64,000 bases of DNA from Kondoa subrosea (taxonomy: Eukaryota): contig BCIN01000007.1 of the NCBI GenBank assembly GCA_039545335.1, positions 434,001-498,000 of the forward strand, in the 5' to 3' direction. How positions within the stretch are numbered: the first letter of the stretch is position 1; each line of letters begins with the position of its first letter. Below are positions 1 through 13,793 of the stretch, piece after piece. The position numbers were made by a program, and so were the translations under genes. The notes beneath the pieces are model-generated. The model saw only the letters and a list, made by a program, of their open reading frames with translations, was not told the origin of the DNA and made no database searches.

Positions 1-567
1 TGACTATGAAAGCAGAGAGTCAAATCCCGCAGACAATCGCACTTCTTAAGCAATTGCGCCAAACGACTAAACCTCTCTTGCAGCGGAGTAATATCCTGAG
101 TCGCTCTTCGGCTAGTCTGCGAGCTAATGAGCATGTTCCCTGCCAGACGCCTGTAAAGCTCAACTGACCCGCTTCTTTTCAGCATATCCAGCGATGTATT
201 CAACATTGAAGTATATGTGTGTGATAAATCGTGTCAGATCGGGTCGAGACTCGATGTTTGCCAGCTTTGAGAGGACCGTATCATCGAGAATTTCCAGTCC
301 GAGCGTACGCAGTCGAGGTCTCGTGTCGATTGAGCGATACAGGTAAGGCAGAGCAGCGGAATCTGAGCTGAACATACTTCAGTGGCTCTTCAGACTCAGC
401 AAGCAGAAGAAGAAACAGAAACTCTTGTTGACTAAAGCCAATGCTGCAAGACATGCATCGAGCTCTCGATCAGTCTTGCTGTTCCAACTTTTCTGGCCAA
501 TTGTAGCAAATGTGCTGACAAGCAGCAGAAATACCCTGTCTAGCAGCTCAAACGGTAGGACAGTCAT
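1..567 (-). CDS. F-box-like protein, 3' end outside the window
   Basis: N-terminal LPFELLDRVF...LAALALVNK...ALPYLYRSI matches the fungal F-box pattern. After short GT-AG introns it continues into an LRR-like LLKKCDCLRDLTL segment at the window edge. Confidence 0.6.
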
Positions 568-853
568 GTTCGTAGTAGTAGAGAGAAGAGGTCAAGAAAC
601 ACTGAAGAATGCTCAAAACGAAGGCGCTAGTGTCACGCGACAGCTGCGGCGCTGTTTCAAGGCTTCACAGTACCAAAGTCTGTGCCTCGCAACTGATAGA
701 AGCATTGGACCTTCTGTAAGAGTACACTACTGCAAGCTCATTGGTCGAAACTATGAACCGCAAGGACGAAAACAGTTTGGTGCACATAAACTTGCGGTGA
801 ACAGAATGCAGGTATAAGATGCTATACAAATATCTCACATGAAGAGGGAGGCC

Positions 854-3800
854 TCAGACTTTCAAGGCTTGGGCAATCGACGCGGCCAGCACGTCAAGTT
901 GATCAAGTAACCTTCCGTCTGGCTTTGCTTCGTCTTCAACCACTACTAAACCCTCAGCATACATTCTCATCGATCAGGGAACACTTACTGGAGAAGAGGA
1001 ATGCAGCATCCGCTTGGAAAGGTAAAGCTAAATGACCTTCGCCTTTTCGTGCTTCGGCTTCTCTCTTTCGGCTTTGCTCTTCAAAGGCAACAGACATCTC
1101 AATTGCTCGTTGCACAATATCCTCGTTGACACCAGCCAATCTTGCAACATGGGAGCCATACGACTTCTCCGTTGCGCCGTCGACCAATTTGTAGAGAAAC
1201 TGCGCTAGTATCAGCCTCAATGATTACAGATAGATTTGCTTTGCTCTTACAGTGATTGTATCGTCCTGGGTCAGTGTCTGCATATGACATGGACGGATCT
1301 GCGAATGATAGTTGAAGTCTTCGACAAGAGAGTTGTAATGCGTTGAAAAGAACCCAATGCAGCCCAAATCTGCAGTCTATCAGCTTAGATTCGAAATACG
1401 ACGCAAGAGACTGACGTGTAGCGAGATGATGAAGGACCGAGAAGGCGATAGATAAGCCATCCTGTGAAAGTAACATGAGCGAAATGCAGAGCAGTGATAT
1501 GACAACATACAAAGGTAGCAGTACCTCTGCCAAGTTCGTCAAGAACGACTAGCGATTTTGGTGTCGCTTGATCCAGAATCTTCTTGCAACTGGCGAGCTA
1601 CTTTAGTCTTTCAAATCAAGATCGAGCGAAACTTTGGCTAACTCGTCCATTTCGACCTTGAATGTACTTGCGTTCTGAAATATAAAATCATTTGCCCCCA
1701 TTCTAGTGACCAGACGGTCAACAGGACAAATGACAGCCTTTTGAGCGGGTACATAGCAACCCTGTCGTACAGGCGTTCTGCTTAGCTCAATTGGTCAGAA
1801 CATATATACAGACTGACAACTTGAGCCATGATGACAGCAGCAGAAGTCATTCTAAGCATCGTACTTTTGCCAGCCATATTCGGTCCGGTCAAGAGTATTA
1901 GCGCTTCACTGTCCTGCCCAAGTGATACATCGTTCGGAATGAATTCAATGTCGCTAGCCAAAAGACAAGGATGTCGAAGCTCTTCAAATTTGACAAACGC
2001 TCGATTGCCTTCAATAATTTCAGGTCGTACAGCTGGCTCGCCCATATTTTGTGAAGTTTTGGCAAGGGACAGCAAACAGTCAAGTTCCGCGACATTCAGT
2101 ACGAACTGCTTGTAGTAGGGATACTCCTGGGCGAAAGTTGCGTAGAGTTTGCCTTGAAAAGCATTGCGCAAAGTCGTTCTGTTTTCGCGTGCTTCCTTCA
2201 GTTGTCGGACAAGCTTCTGCACTTTAGGCGTATAGTAACGAGTGAAGTCTTTAGTTGCACTCATTTGGGTCCATTCGTCAGGAACATCTGTGCCTTTCCG
2301 ACATTGGACTTGATAGATGTCTTTTGTGCCAATATCCTTGAAGGTGATACTGGTGTCCCTGCAAATACGAGTGCCAGTCATGAGGAGATACGAGTGACAC
2401 TGAGTCACTTAGGCTTACTTGAGCTCCTTCTGATACTTCTTGAGAGTGTCCTGCAGTTGATCCTCGATAGATTGAATTTCAGTCAAAATTGCATCGTACT
2501 CTTCATCAGTTCCTTCGTTAGGCATGAGGACACCTGAAAGAACATTAGAATAATGCTCTTTGACAGGTGCGTTTGGGCTTACCGCCTTCTTCCACAAAAC
2601 TCTTCTTGATCGCTTTGAGTTTTGGACCAAGAGCAGGTGTTCGGCTGATCAGATGTTGTAGAAGGGCAGAAGAGAACTCCGACTCGTCTTCTTTCAGCTC
2701 GACGAAGAACTTGCTTAGAGCGCTAAGATTGCTAAGCAGCTTCATAAAGATTGGTACTTTGCATTTGCCGGCTGAGACACGAGAAAGGACTCTTTCGATG
2801 TCGAGTATACCAGCACAGGCTTTAGTGAAAGTGTCATTGATGGTTGAATGGTTCATCAATTCCTCGACAGCGTCAAGACGAGCATTAATGGGCTCCACTT
2901 CCCGCAACGGTTGCATGCTGATACAAGGATGAGCAGAGAATAGACACTGAAGACAAAAGCTTACAGCCAACCTTTTAGCAATCGCTTGCCAAATGGAGTG
3001 ACACATCGATTGATCAGACGATACAAAGTGCCATCATCTGTCCCACTGCTGTTCTGTAAGACCTGTGAGCATTTACCAGTCAGTGAAAACGGCTTCCACG
3101 AAGCAGGTACTAGCTCATACTTCGATATGCGCCAAAGTCTGGCCATCGAGCACCAGACATTGACCATTTTTCATGGGATCATACGAATTGAAATTCTTCG
3201 TCATACATAAATCTTGGTCCAGGTTTAGTTGCTTTAGATGAGTCAGCATTCCGCCTAGAGCAGACATAGCTTGAGCTTGATCTTTGACTTTCTCAATTGC
3301 TGGTGGTAGTTGAATTTCCGCTTCATCGTCTACATCCATCTCTTCTTCTTCTTCCGCTGTTGGTGTCTTGGCAAACATCTTCTTAACTGCTAACAGTGCA
3401 TCTTCAGGTGTTAAGAACTCGGTTTTGGGTTTAAGGTAAGTCCAAAGACAGCGCAAATCGACAATATTCTTGATCACGCGCAGAGTAGAGGGAGACAAAT
3501 TGTTCTTCTCGCAGATGATCTCACGAGGTCTGTTTCCGCCATTTAGTATTTATTTCCTGAAGCAGGGAGGGCTCTTGATGCGTACCTGAATTGCCTGAGC
3601 AGCGTCTCCAGCTTCGTTCTTGAGATGTCATCTTCGAAAGCTGAGATATCAAATCCAGCAGTTGAAGCATCCAGCACGCAAATGCCAAACTTTGGCGGCG
3701 AGTGCGGAGATTCGATACATTCCTGTTTGCGGAGCTTGGCAGCAATTCGGCACAACAATTAAAGACCTCACCTTTATAGAAATACAGTGCTCGCTCGTCT

Positions 3801-5442
3801 CTTCGATCGCATCCGTAAGTGTACCAGAAGTGAAAACGCTCTTGAGTTCTCTGCCAACAATCTTGTCTTCTTTCGCACCTCCTTTGGCTTTCTTGCCATC
3901 TTTCGCAGCAGCTTTCCTCATTTCTGCTCCCAACGCAGTCTCGCTTTGATCAACTCGACCAACTTTGTAGCCTCTAGCTAAAAACTTGGCAGCCCAGAAA
4001 TCAAAAGAAGCTTCAGGTACTCCGACTGTCAAGTAGTCGTCCAAATCAACATCGAACAACGGATGATGAACGGATCGAAAATAACTGACCCATTTTCATT
4101 TTGACTCGATCAGTCAACTTGAGATCAAATTCTTGATGACCAATCGTGGCATCGTCCTCGTATAGTTCGTAGAACTTGCCCTTTTGAAAGAAAAGGACTG
4201 TATCGTAATGATTCTTCTTAATAGACCAGAATTGTTTCTCGAAAGGTGTCTATCAAGATATTCAACACAAACCGCACTCGACTCAAAGATGACAGACCAT
4301 TTTGGAAAAGTACTTTTCTGGGATCTGTAGTGTACGCGGATCATAATCTGGATGACCTTGAGGATTACCGTCTGCATCTTTAACATTTCTCAAGAATTCA
4401 AACATGTTTTCGTTTGCTTTCTTCTTCGCGTCTACCAGCTATGCGCACGAAAGCTGAAGCATGAGTATACACTCATACCTTGGCGACCAATACGCACATC
4501 TTTTCGCTTATCGATGGTTTTCGAGAACCCGCCGCCTGAAGAAGCGGACCCAGATTTGCGCATGGAAGTAGAAGAAGGTACTGCCAACTTGCTCTGACTT
4601 TCTTTTGGTTTAGCAAACTTTTTCGCTTTGGCTTTAGGTGCTCTTTCTTCTTCTTCCTCTGAAGCAGGAGATTCGTGAATCACAGGTTCGCTTTGTTCGG
4701 ATTGAGATTCATTGACTAGGAAATCATCTTCGTCTGTGTTGCTCTTTCGAACGGAGGTAGAAGAAGGTTGAGCTGAAAGACGAGGTTTCTTGCCTGTTTC
4801 AAGGCTGTAAGAGAAATTACGTAAGCGAGATGAAAGCAATGCACTCATAGCCTTTTTGGCCGAAGTGTCAGCGTCATCTTCTTCTGCGCTACTCTCTTGC
4901 ACTACACTACGTTTCTTGGATAGCTTTCGACCAGGCTAGATTTGCATAATCTCATTGAGACTTTGCCTAAAGCAGTTGATTGAGAAGTTCACCTTGCGGA
5001 CCGGTGAATCATCATCCGAGTCGACATCCATCTGCGATGTAGCAGTGTCAGCTTCCGAAGTTGTGTTACCAACAGAAGGTAAGCGAGCAGCAGCAGGTTG
5101 TGAGCTTGTATCTTCAGTTTTCGCTTGCTTGCTCAATCTGGACGCGTCTTTCTTCGCTACAGCATCTTCAACATCACTTGAGATTGGAATAGCTGCACTA
5201 GAACTGGTTGATGCGATTGCTGTTTTTCCATTGGACTTGCTGCTAGAAGGAACGGGTTTGACGGCCTTCTTGACTGCTGAACTTGTACTGGAGCTGCTTG
5301 ATGGTGCAGGCTGTTGAGAAGCCTTGGAGAAGAAGCCTGTATTGAAGAATGAGCGATAGTCATGCATTACATGTCGACTGATGCACGCACCAAACAGAGT
5401 CTTTTGCTTTGAATCTGGCTTGCTCTCTGATTTCTTACTCAT
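854..5442 (-). CDS. MSH6: DNA mismatch repair protein MutS homolog 6 (multi-exon)
   Basis: N-terminal PIP-like QKTLFGFF after splicing, then a long disordered region. Mismatch-binding [15 protein letters not shown] and VGVPE motifs, Walker [25 protein letters not shown] and [20 protein letters not shown]. Confidence 0.96.
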
Positions 5443-6429
5443 CTTAGCAGTCACTCGACCCGAGACTCGCGGTTCTTTACCACCCTCCGTATAATTTACA
5501 TAAACTTCGCCTGTCATCTCAAACCGCGATTGAAGCCTTGTAATTCATCTTTGAATGCTGTCTGTATAGCTCATATGATTGCGTTTGTCCCGTGATTAAC
5601 GCCTATCTACATTAAGTGTTCGACTGCACTGCAATGCCGTGCTTTTCTCTTTCATCGCTTTTGCCAAAATGAGGCTTCGCTGCGGCTATCCTTCTCTTTC
5701 GTTGTTCAAAGAGCTGTGTACGCTCTTGTCTCACAGCAGTACCATTATCATCCGGGTAAACGTATGCGCAAACATCGCCTTCAGGCAAAAAGAAGCTGTG
5801 TCAATTGAAGCTATCTTGAACGTGCGCTGCATTGATGGCGTTCCATTTAACCATGACCATCAGCTTGCTTCCAACCTGAGTTTCTTCTACGACACAAACT
5901 TGTCTTATGCTTGTTTTGTTCCTGCGTTGAAGATCGTCGTCTCCTCGTCGTCGACTTTCCCTTAACCTTTTCCCAATCCCTTACGAACACTTCGATGCCT
6001 GTTGGACCCAAAGTCAGAGCTCTTGTCAGTCGCATGAGCTCTGCAGTTGCACCAAGTGATGAAGAACGTTCGTCAATCTTATGTACAAAGGGAACCGAAA
6101 GAGCACTAACACAGGATAGCAGTGATCAGAAAGGCTATTCCCTCGGTCACCAAGTACATTGACGCGTATGTTTAAAGTCTACCTGAACTGTGTTGAAAGC
6201 TGAAAGATTATCGGACACAGGCTTCACTTGGATGCGGTAAGCCTCGCTTCGCTAAACATCGTGAGCAAGCTAATAATGTGTCCAGATGAATGCAACGCTC
6301 TTTTCTCAAGCAGCGCGTAACGTTAGTTTAACTTTGGCTCATTTCATCTGCCCAATCTGACTAATCTCAATTCAGCGCCTAAACAAAACATCACCAGAGA
6401 AAAGAAAACAACGAGCTTTGTTAAAAGCA

Positions 6430-8286
6430 ATGGCTCTTGTAGCTGAAGGTCATGTTTCAGCTAATTCAATTTTACCACCACCTATGGCCGGTCAGCAAGT
6501 TGATCGACCTGAAGAAGAGAAAGAGGTTGAAAGTTGTTTGAGTAGAATTAGTACTCATGAATGGGAGGTCAGTACCCTTCTTTTGTGGTCGGGCGAGCAT
6601 TTGGCTGATCGGTAAAGTAGGAGAATGAACAGGTTTTCGAAAGTTCGCCTGAGAATCTAGCGAGCGTGAGTAACGATTGAAGGCGGGAAGATGTAGTGCT
6701 GAATTGATCATAGTTAGCTAAACTTGCAATCGATGTGGAAGAAGCTATCAAAGAATCCCAAGTGAAGAAGAAGAGCTGATGAAGTTAAATACATGCCCTG
6801 CCATTCATCATCTTTCTCTCAGTTTACAAGGTACCAGTGTAAGTAAATACCGTTCTAGGCAATGTATTTTGTACATCTCTTCACTATATGATACCTCACT
6901 TACACTTCGGCTTCCCGCTCAAAGATCGGTAGAGACATTTAGCAATTGCATTGCTGCTCCCGGTTGACCATTTGATCGGCTACACATTCCTTGCCAGCTG
7001 ATATCACATCAAGTTCTCTATACCAATGTCCAGCTTCGACAATTGCTCTGGGACGTTACCGCTCGAATATGTGAATCAAGCGCGAGAGCGAAGTGTAGCT
7101 TTAGCACAAGCGTTTGGGCGCAATGCGGTCCTCGATATTCAAAGACTTCTACGGCTGGACGCACCGGAGATGTCGCCCGTCGAGCGTAGGCAGCAACAGC
7201 TTTCTTATCGCTCTATCATTCTGCGACATGTGTCTTCTTCGAACCCTTCTATTCTGATTCGACCTGTTATGAGCTTGTTTGATGATCATGAGAATGGCTT
7301 ACCATTACAACAGAGTATTGAAATGACTCAAGAGTGAGTTTATATAGGAGCTACATTCCGCCAAGCACCATCCAAAGCTTATCTTTTCATCCCTTTTGCA
7401 GATTTGTCGGTCACGTTACGAGCTATCTCAAGGGATGTCCTACAAGTCTACGAGTTCAATTCATCGATCATTGGCTTGCCTGTATTTTGGTGTTGATGAA
7501 TGAAGAGGTCAAACTAAGTGAAGAGCAAGAAGGACCAGCAAACGATTCTTCTTGGTACACAGGAATGCTATCCTCCCTCTCAAGCTGTCTATACGTCCAT
7601 CCAACTTTAGCAGATAGTTACGTGGCTTCCCAATCTCCTCAAGCTTTAGCATCAACAGCAGATCTACTTCATTTGATCACCGATTACGCTAGAACGAGAC
7701 AAGATATGGAACTCGATATCAATTCGGTCATGCTTAGAATAGCTTTACGATGCGAATTGAAAGAATCACATTCTGCTACTTTACATTCTGCTTCAATTGC
7801 TCCTACACTCAAACAAAGAGTACATCTCTTAAATCAGCAACCGGAAACAAAGATGCTTGTATCAAAGCTATGTGGAAGAGTTTATGTTCATACGTGTTGT
7901 GTTTGTGGGAAATGGAGAACCGAGTTTTCTGAAAGTCAAAGCGTCTCTTCGGGTCATAAAGCTTGTGCCTTTTGCCATCAGCAGCAGGTGAGTCATAAAT
8001 TAGACTTGTTCGTTCAATTCTTTACTCAAGAGACTTTATACCACAGTACTGTAGCTCGGAATGTCAAGCGATAGTGAGCCGGTTTTGCTTCCTTCCTTAA
8101 TGTTAAGCTGAACATACATGAAGGATTGGAAGGAATACAATCATCGCAAATTGTGCTCAAGATTAGCAAAGAAAGAAGATGACAAGCCAAAAGTCAGGGT
8201 GAAAGAGAAGCCGCTGAGACCGAAGTGAGTAGGTTGAACTCTTCGGAATTACTTTGTCTGAGCATCTTTTCAGACGATTTCCTTGA
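6430..8286 (+). CDS. Hypothetical protein with C-terminal MYND-type zinc finger
   Basis: Spliced C-terminus reads CCVC...ACAFCHQQQ|YCSSECQAI|DWKEYNHRKLC, the MYND signature. The upstream exon chain is less certain. Confidence 0.7.
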
Positions 8287-8512
8287 AACACAGCAAGACC
8301 TACGAAGGAACAGCATGACTTGCCGAAAAACATCGCCTTCAAACTATCATTGCTTGTACAGTCTTGTTCGCTGTATTCAGTCACAGGATACAACAGCGCA
8401 TCAAGTCATGGCAACGTAGATTGTGCAATAAAACAAGCTTGAAGTTGAAGGTCTATTGTTCTATTGTTCAGCTGCGAATATCAGCTTTCGGCCCTTCTCT
8501 TCGTCTCCTTCA

Positions 8513-9690
8513 ATGGATCAACATATCTTTATCGATGACTGCTCATCAACGCGGACCGACCTTGTCGGCTCAAAGCTTCCCTCAACTGTCGCAAGTCTTA
8601 CTTTCCTCTCTATTGTATCATATGAAGGTCTTTCAAGCATTCTATACAAAGTCAAAGCTCGAGACGGTCAAATTTATGCTGCTAAAGTACCCTCTATCAC
8701 TTCTGAACTGTGGCAACAAGAATGGTGTACTATGACTGCAAGAAGGGCGAAAGAAGATGTTTGGAGGGAGAGGAAAATTTTAGCAAGATTGGATTGCCCA
8801 TTCATTATTAGGTCATTCGATGCTTTGGTTGATGATATGGATGAAATATTGGTATTGGAAATGGGGAGTTGTAGTTTATGGCTGTTCCATCGCGTCTTCA
8901 CCGCAACGAGCGAAGGACAGAAGGTTTGTTTTCGGTCTATCGGGTCGCGAGAAGGACTCTGACATCGAGCAGGATGATAGCTGGCTGAACCAGTTGAAAC
9001 CTGATCGACGAAATCTTCTCGGTGTACTATCCGCGAATCTCAAAGCAACGTGAGTTGTATCTTGTTATCTTACAAGAAGCTAGCTGATCATATTTCAGAC
9101 AGCTCCCGGTCTCGATTGCAAAGTATTTCACTGCCCAGCTTCTGCTCGCGCTACATTACCTACTCACAACAGCTCATTTGAACATGAATGATCTTCGGCT
9201 GAACAATATCCTGATCATGCCTGATTTTACGCTTCGACTATGTGACTTTGGATCCGCTAGTGAGCGAAGCGATGAAGGAAACACATTGGACTTGCAATTA
9301 ATGGCTTCTTGCATTTGGTTACTTTGTGTCAGTCATCGACTTTCTCGCCTGGACTTAGTACTGATTCAACAGCAGATGAGTCAAGGCAGTTATTATCATG
9401 CCTTTGAACAGCAAGAATTGGTTCGCTTGGTTCAATGGAGCAAGCATATTGATACATGCTTTGGGTCATTTATCACTGCCTGCCTTGGCGAGTTTGCCAA
9501 TACCCTGACATTACTGCAATCGACCTGGTGGATAGAACAGCCGCCTATTGATATGGCCAAAATTGTTGAAACTGGGTATCAACAGCAAGATTTAGCGAGT
9601 ATTCGCGAGCTAGCTGGTGCCAGCTTAACAGAGTCCATGAAGATGTTTCTGATTGAGAGGGGCGTAGCATCTTTCCAAAGCAATATTTGA
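8513..9690 (+). CDS. Atypical protein kinase / probable pseudokinase
   Basis: YAAK lysine, alphaC Glu (WRERKIL), CPFIIR, FTAQLLLALHYL, NMNDLRLNNIL and LCDFGS are present. No GxGxxG, HRD or APE motif. Three introns. Confidence 0.8.
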
Positions 9691-9760
9691 TGAGTAACGA
9701 GTAACGAGTGCATTGCAAGATGAGTCTGTGTATCTTACCTTTCTTGCATCAACCAAATGC

Positions 9761-11071
9761 ATGAACAACAATCTCGCGTTTCTGCTAGACGCGCCTAGCA
9801 GCTCCGCGTATGCTTCTGTCCAGACCATCACTGCATCTCAAGCACTCAAGCAGAATCGCAAGGCGCCTCGGTTCTTGAGCGGATGTCATAGTTTCGATAA
9901 CCTCTTTGCTGGACCAAATGAAGCAGCTGGGCTGCCCTCGAACTGCGTTTTAGAGCTTGCTTCAACTCCTGGTGCTGGAAAATCGCGGATTGCATTAAGC
10001 TATGCTATACAAGCAACATTAGCAACGCAACCTTCAGAAGTGCTTATTGTCGGTAAGGGCATCAGGCCTGAACGACTATAGCTCGCTGATAGGAACTCCA
10101 AGATACTGAAGGGGCATATGAAGCACATGGCATCCGTAGAGCTGTTCTAGCTTGCTGTAACCAAGATCAAGGTCAGTCCAATGCCCTGGTGCTACAAAAT
10201 GAGCTGACAATAATGCAGAGCAAGCTGACACCGCTTGTAGAGGGATTCATATAATGCGCATCGCTCAGCACGATCAGTTCATCGCTCTTCTTCATGGCTT
10301 ACCAAAGTGAATCGCATTCTCATCTCTGAGAGTATCAGCTGATCGACTTTTGCTATAGCTGGGTTGTTGATCATCCCAATGTATGATTGATTTCTACTGT
10401 GCTCGAAAGACAGCAGGATTGAGCTCTCTGTAACAGGTTCGACTGATTATCTTCGACAGCTTATCTTCTCAACTTCGATTGGCTCGCTTTCCCGCTCTGT
10501 TGTCACCTCAAGGCAATCCTACAACTTCCTCAGCGGGAGACACGCCTTCGCAAATGCGGAACAATTTGCTTGCTTTGATCAAGAAACAATTTAGCTACTT
10601 ACGATCTAGCGAGAATCCAATTACTGTAGGCTCTAACTGCTCTGTCACAATTATATGACCTCACACCAGAGTTCTACAGATCGTTTGTACTACTCAAATG
10701 AATACCAAGTTTCAGGAAGGCGAAGGTGGAGCCTTGCTTGAACCTCAATTAGGTAGCTTCGATCCGCCCTTTATCTTCTTCCCCAAAAAATGCTCAGTGA
10801 GATTCTTAGCTCCATCTTGGCTACTTTCTCAAAGCTTCAGAGTCATCCTGTATCAAAATTCTCTCAACGAGGGGTCAGTTCTTCACTTAAAGAATTCGTT
10901 TGGCAGCATTAATGGAGTCTAGAAATGACAGATCTGCCCATCTTGCAACATCTTACAAAGAGACAGAAAGCTATCAAGCTACTTTCCGAGTTTGCGTGAG
11001 TTTGTTGGCAGCTGCAGCGTTTGATTTGAGGTAATCTGATATCATTAATACAGGATGGCGGGATTTGCTAG
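9761..11071 (+). CDS. RecA/Rad51-family paralog (Rad55/Rad57/RAD51C-like)
   Basis: FLSGCHSFDNLF, ELASTPGAGKSR (Walker A), IV|DTEGAY, IHIMRI, VRLIIFDSLS (Walker B) and VCTTQM. Confidence 0.85.
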
Positions 11072-11384
11072 ACCATTTCTTCTTCGAAAGCAAAGTGTAT
11101 TTGAGTGTACATTGATACAATGGCAAGATCAAAAAAGTAAATGCAAAGAAAGAGCTGCTTTGGCTTCCTGCTTTGTTTGCTATTTTACAATGTTTCTCTT
11201 GAATTGATGCTATCCTTTCTGTCATTACATGCAGTGGTATTAAGTTGAAGTAAGAGATCCATGTTGATCGGTAAGCAATACGGGTAATCAAGGTGAAACC
11301 AAGGTATTGCTGTAGTGAATGTTTTGTATTGATGACAGGTCGAATAGAAGTAAGACAATAATGGTACTTAAAGGTCGATGAGCA

Positions 11385-13793
11385 TTAATGTTGGGCGATA
11401 TAATTGTCTGCCGTCGATAGTTTATCGATATCTGGTGTTGTAAGAGCTGTCATTCCGAAGGCCTTGAAAGCTTCAATGTGTGGAGGTTGATCTGCGCTGC
11501 TCTTGCGATACGAAGAAGCGAAGGAATTGCGACCTGATTCTTGAGCGCTGAAAGTGAAATCTCGATACTGTCGAAACAAATCAGCCGTAGCCCCAATGAA
11601 CAAAAGCTGAATTTCGGTCTGACCCAATCTTTGTCCTTATCAGAATCATCATCCCTATCAGGAACTTCACAGCTACTTCTTCTGTTTCTCCTGTATTTTG
11701 AACCAGCTTGACTAGAATTACTTCGTTCATCGGTCGTTAATTCTGGAGTATCCGGCGGTAGACTCAGATCGATTGCGATAGGTGATCGTTCAGGTGATTC
11801 AGAAGACGAAAACACAGAAGGTTTGAAGGGTGGTGTAACTCTACGTTCTTGTAGTGCTTTCCAGTCGATGTTTTTAAAAAAAGGATGTTGCTGGATCTCG
11901 TGGACACCGCCTGCACCTAGTCGAGATGCAGGAGCAGGCTGAAGCAGTTTACTGAGCAGATCTTTTGCGTTGTCTGTTACTCCACGTCGAGGGAATTTGA
12001 GTGTTGCGGACATGATGAGTTTGTATTTGTCCACTGTGAGTCAGGCAGGATAAAGATAAGTTCAAGAAGCACCACTACTACACCGCTACTCACTTGGATC
12101 TTCCGAAAAGAAGGGGGTATAACCACAAAGCATCTCGTAGATTAGAATACCTCTGTGAGTCGAATCCAATCCCGCATCAGATCAGACCGATAAGCGAGGA
12201 AGGATAACACTCACAACGCCCAATAATCAATCAAACCATCGTACCCAAAATCGCCTTGAATCACTTCCGGACTTAAATAATCGCTCGTTCCACAGAAAGT
12301 TTTCGTTTTCTTTCCCTTGTGCAATTCTTTCGATAAACCGAAATCACATAACGATACATGACCTGCTGCATCCAGTAAGACGTTTTCAGGTTTTAAATCT
12401 CGGTAGATGATATCTTGTGAATGAAGAGTTTCAATTGCGATGAGGATTTCAGCAGCATAGAAGACCTGTTGAGATATCAGCCAGCGTAAAAAGTAGCCAA
12501 AAGATGTGACAACTGACTACTCGATCTTCTTCCCATCGTCCGCCGTCTTTTTGCAAATGAGCAAACAATTCACCTCCATTCTTGAGATCCATGACGAAGC
12601 TATCAGCACCAAAGCCACTAAGCTGATATTCAGCGTGAAAAGAAGCAACAGCACTGACTACAAATGGGTCTCAGTTTGGAAACTGAATTTCAAGCCAACA
12701 AGAAAAGGCGATTCTTTCAACCGAGTGAGTTGCAAAATGTTCTTCTCCGAAATGACATGAGCAGAATGTTTTTCTCTGATCAACAGTCACATTAGAATCG
12801 ACCGATCGACGCGAAACGATAAGAAGAAGGAGAACCTACTTTGCTATAGTTGCTTTCGAGATACATTTCATAGCCTGTAAGGACGCTCTTCATTCAATCT
12901 CGACATAATGGTGAATGATGAAAGTGCTCACGTATAATCTGCCAGAATCCCTTTTACGAACTTTATACACCGTACCAAAACTCCCAGCACCCAATTTCTT
13001 GACAGTAATGAAATCTTCCGGTGTTAACCTCGTATAATTCTGACTCCTCTTGAAAGTGAGTATAACTTGGATTGAACCAGATAAGGGATTCTCATTTGGA
13101 TCCGTCAAGGAGAGAACATGGACTTCGTTTTTTGAGGACAAGAGTTGAGAAGGTGATAAACGTAATTGAGAAGAACCGATTAAGAAATCAGTCGGAGTAG
13201 CACTTTTGTTCTTCTTTCCGCCATTGACTGCAGGAGAGGAGTCGTAAAGTGTGAAATCGAAACGTCCTTCTGCTTGAGCTTCTTCGAGGGAAACATCGAA
13301 TTCTACTGAATGTTGCCAGATAGGATTAGAGAAGTCGGCTAGAGAAATTGCATCATAAGACGTGCGATCAGCGTGCAGGTGTAGAAACCTTACAGTAAGA
13401 GGAACCGGGCGCGTAAGATGACTAAAAAGGATCACCGTGAGTCAGCGTAATTCGCCTCTAATTAGAGAGCGCACGCACAGGCGACGAAGTGTTTGCAAAG
13501 TTTGAATCAAAGGAGCACAAGATGTAAGGTTTGCTTCTTGCAGTGAGAGGCAGATTCTTTCCGTCGACTATTTCAAGCACGAGCTTCCCAGACAATTCAT
13601 CCCTTGGTTCAGCTGGTGTAGCTGGAGGTAGCTCTGGTGATTGAATTACAGTAGCTTGCGGTCTCTCCTGACTTGCTGTTCTTTGCGTTGGCTGAGATTT
13701 TCCATTGGAAACTTGTTGTTTGGGAGTCTTTGGAGTCATTGTGAAGCCAGAAAAGCCAAACCCGCTTCTCTTCTTAGTAGAGGCCATGGCCAT
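11385..13793 (-). CDS. AGC Ser/Thr protein kinase with C2 domain (Sch9/Ypk-like)
   Basis: C2-like [13 protein letters not shown]...[61 protein letters not shown], a PPFKP AGC tail and the hydrophobic motif YRDFTF. Confidence 0.92.

Noticed and set aside
5574..6300. Possible small gene between MSH6 and the MYND gene
   Set aside because: One convincing + strand intron (ending actaacacag near 6113) and short ORFs on both strands, but no consistent model or motif could be built.
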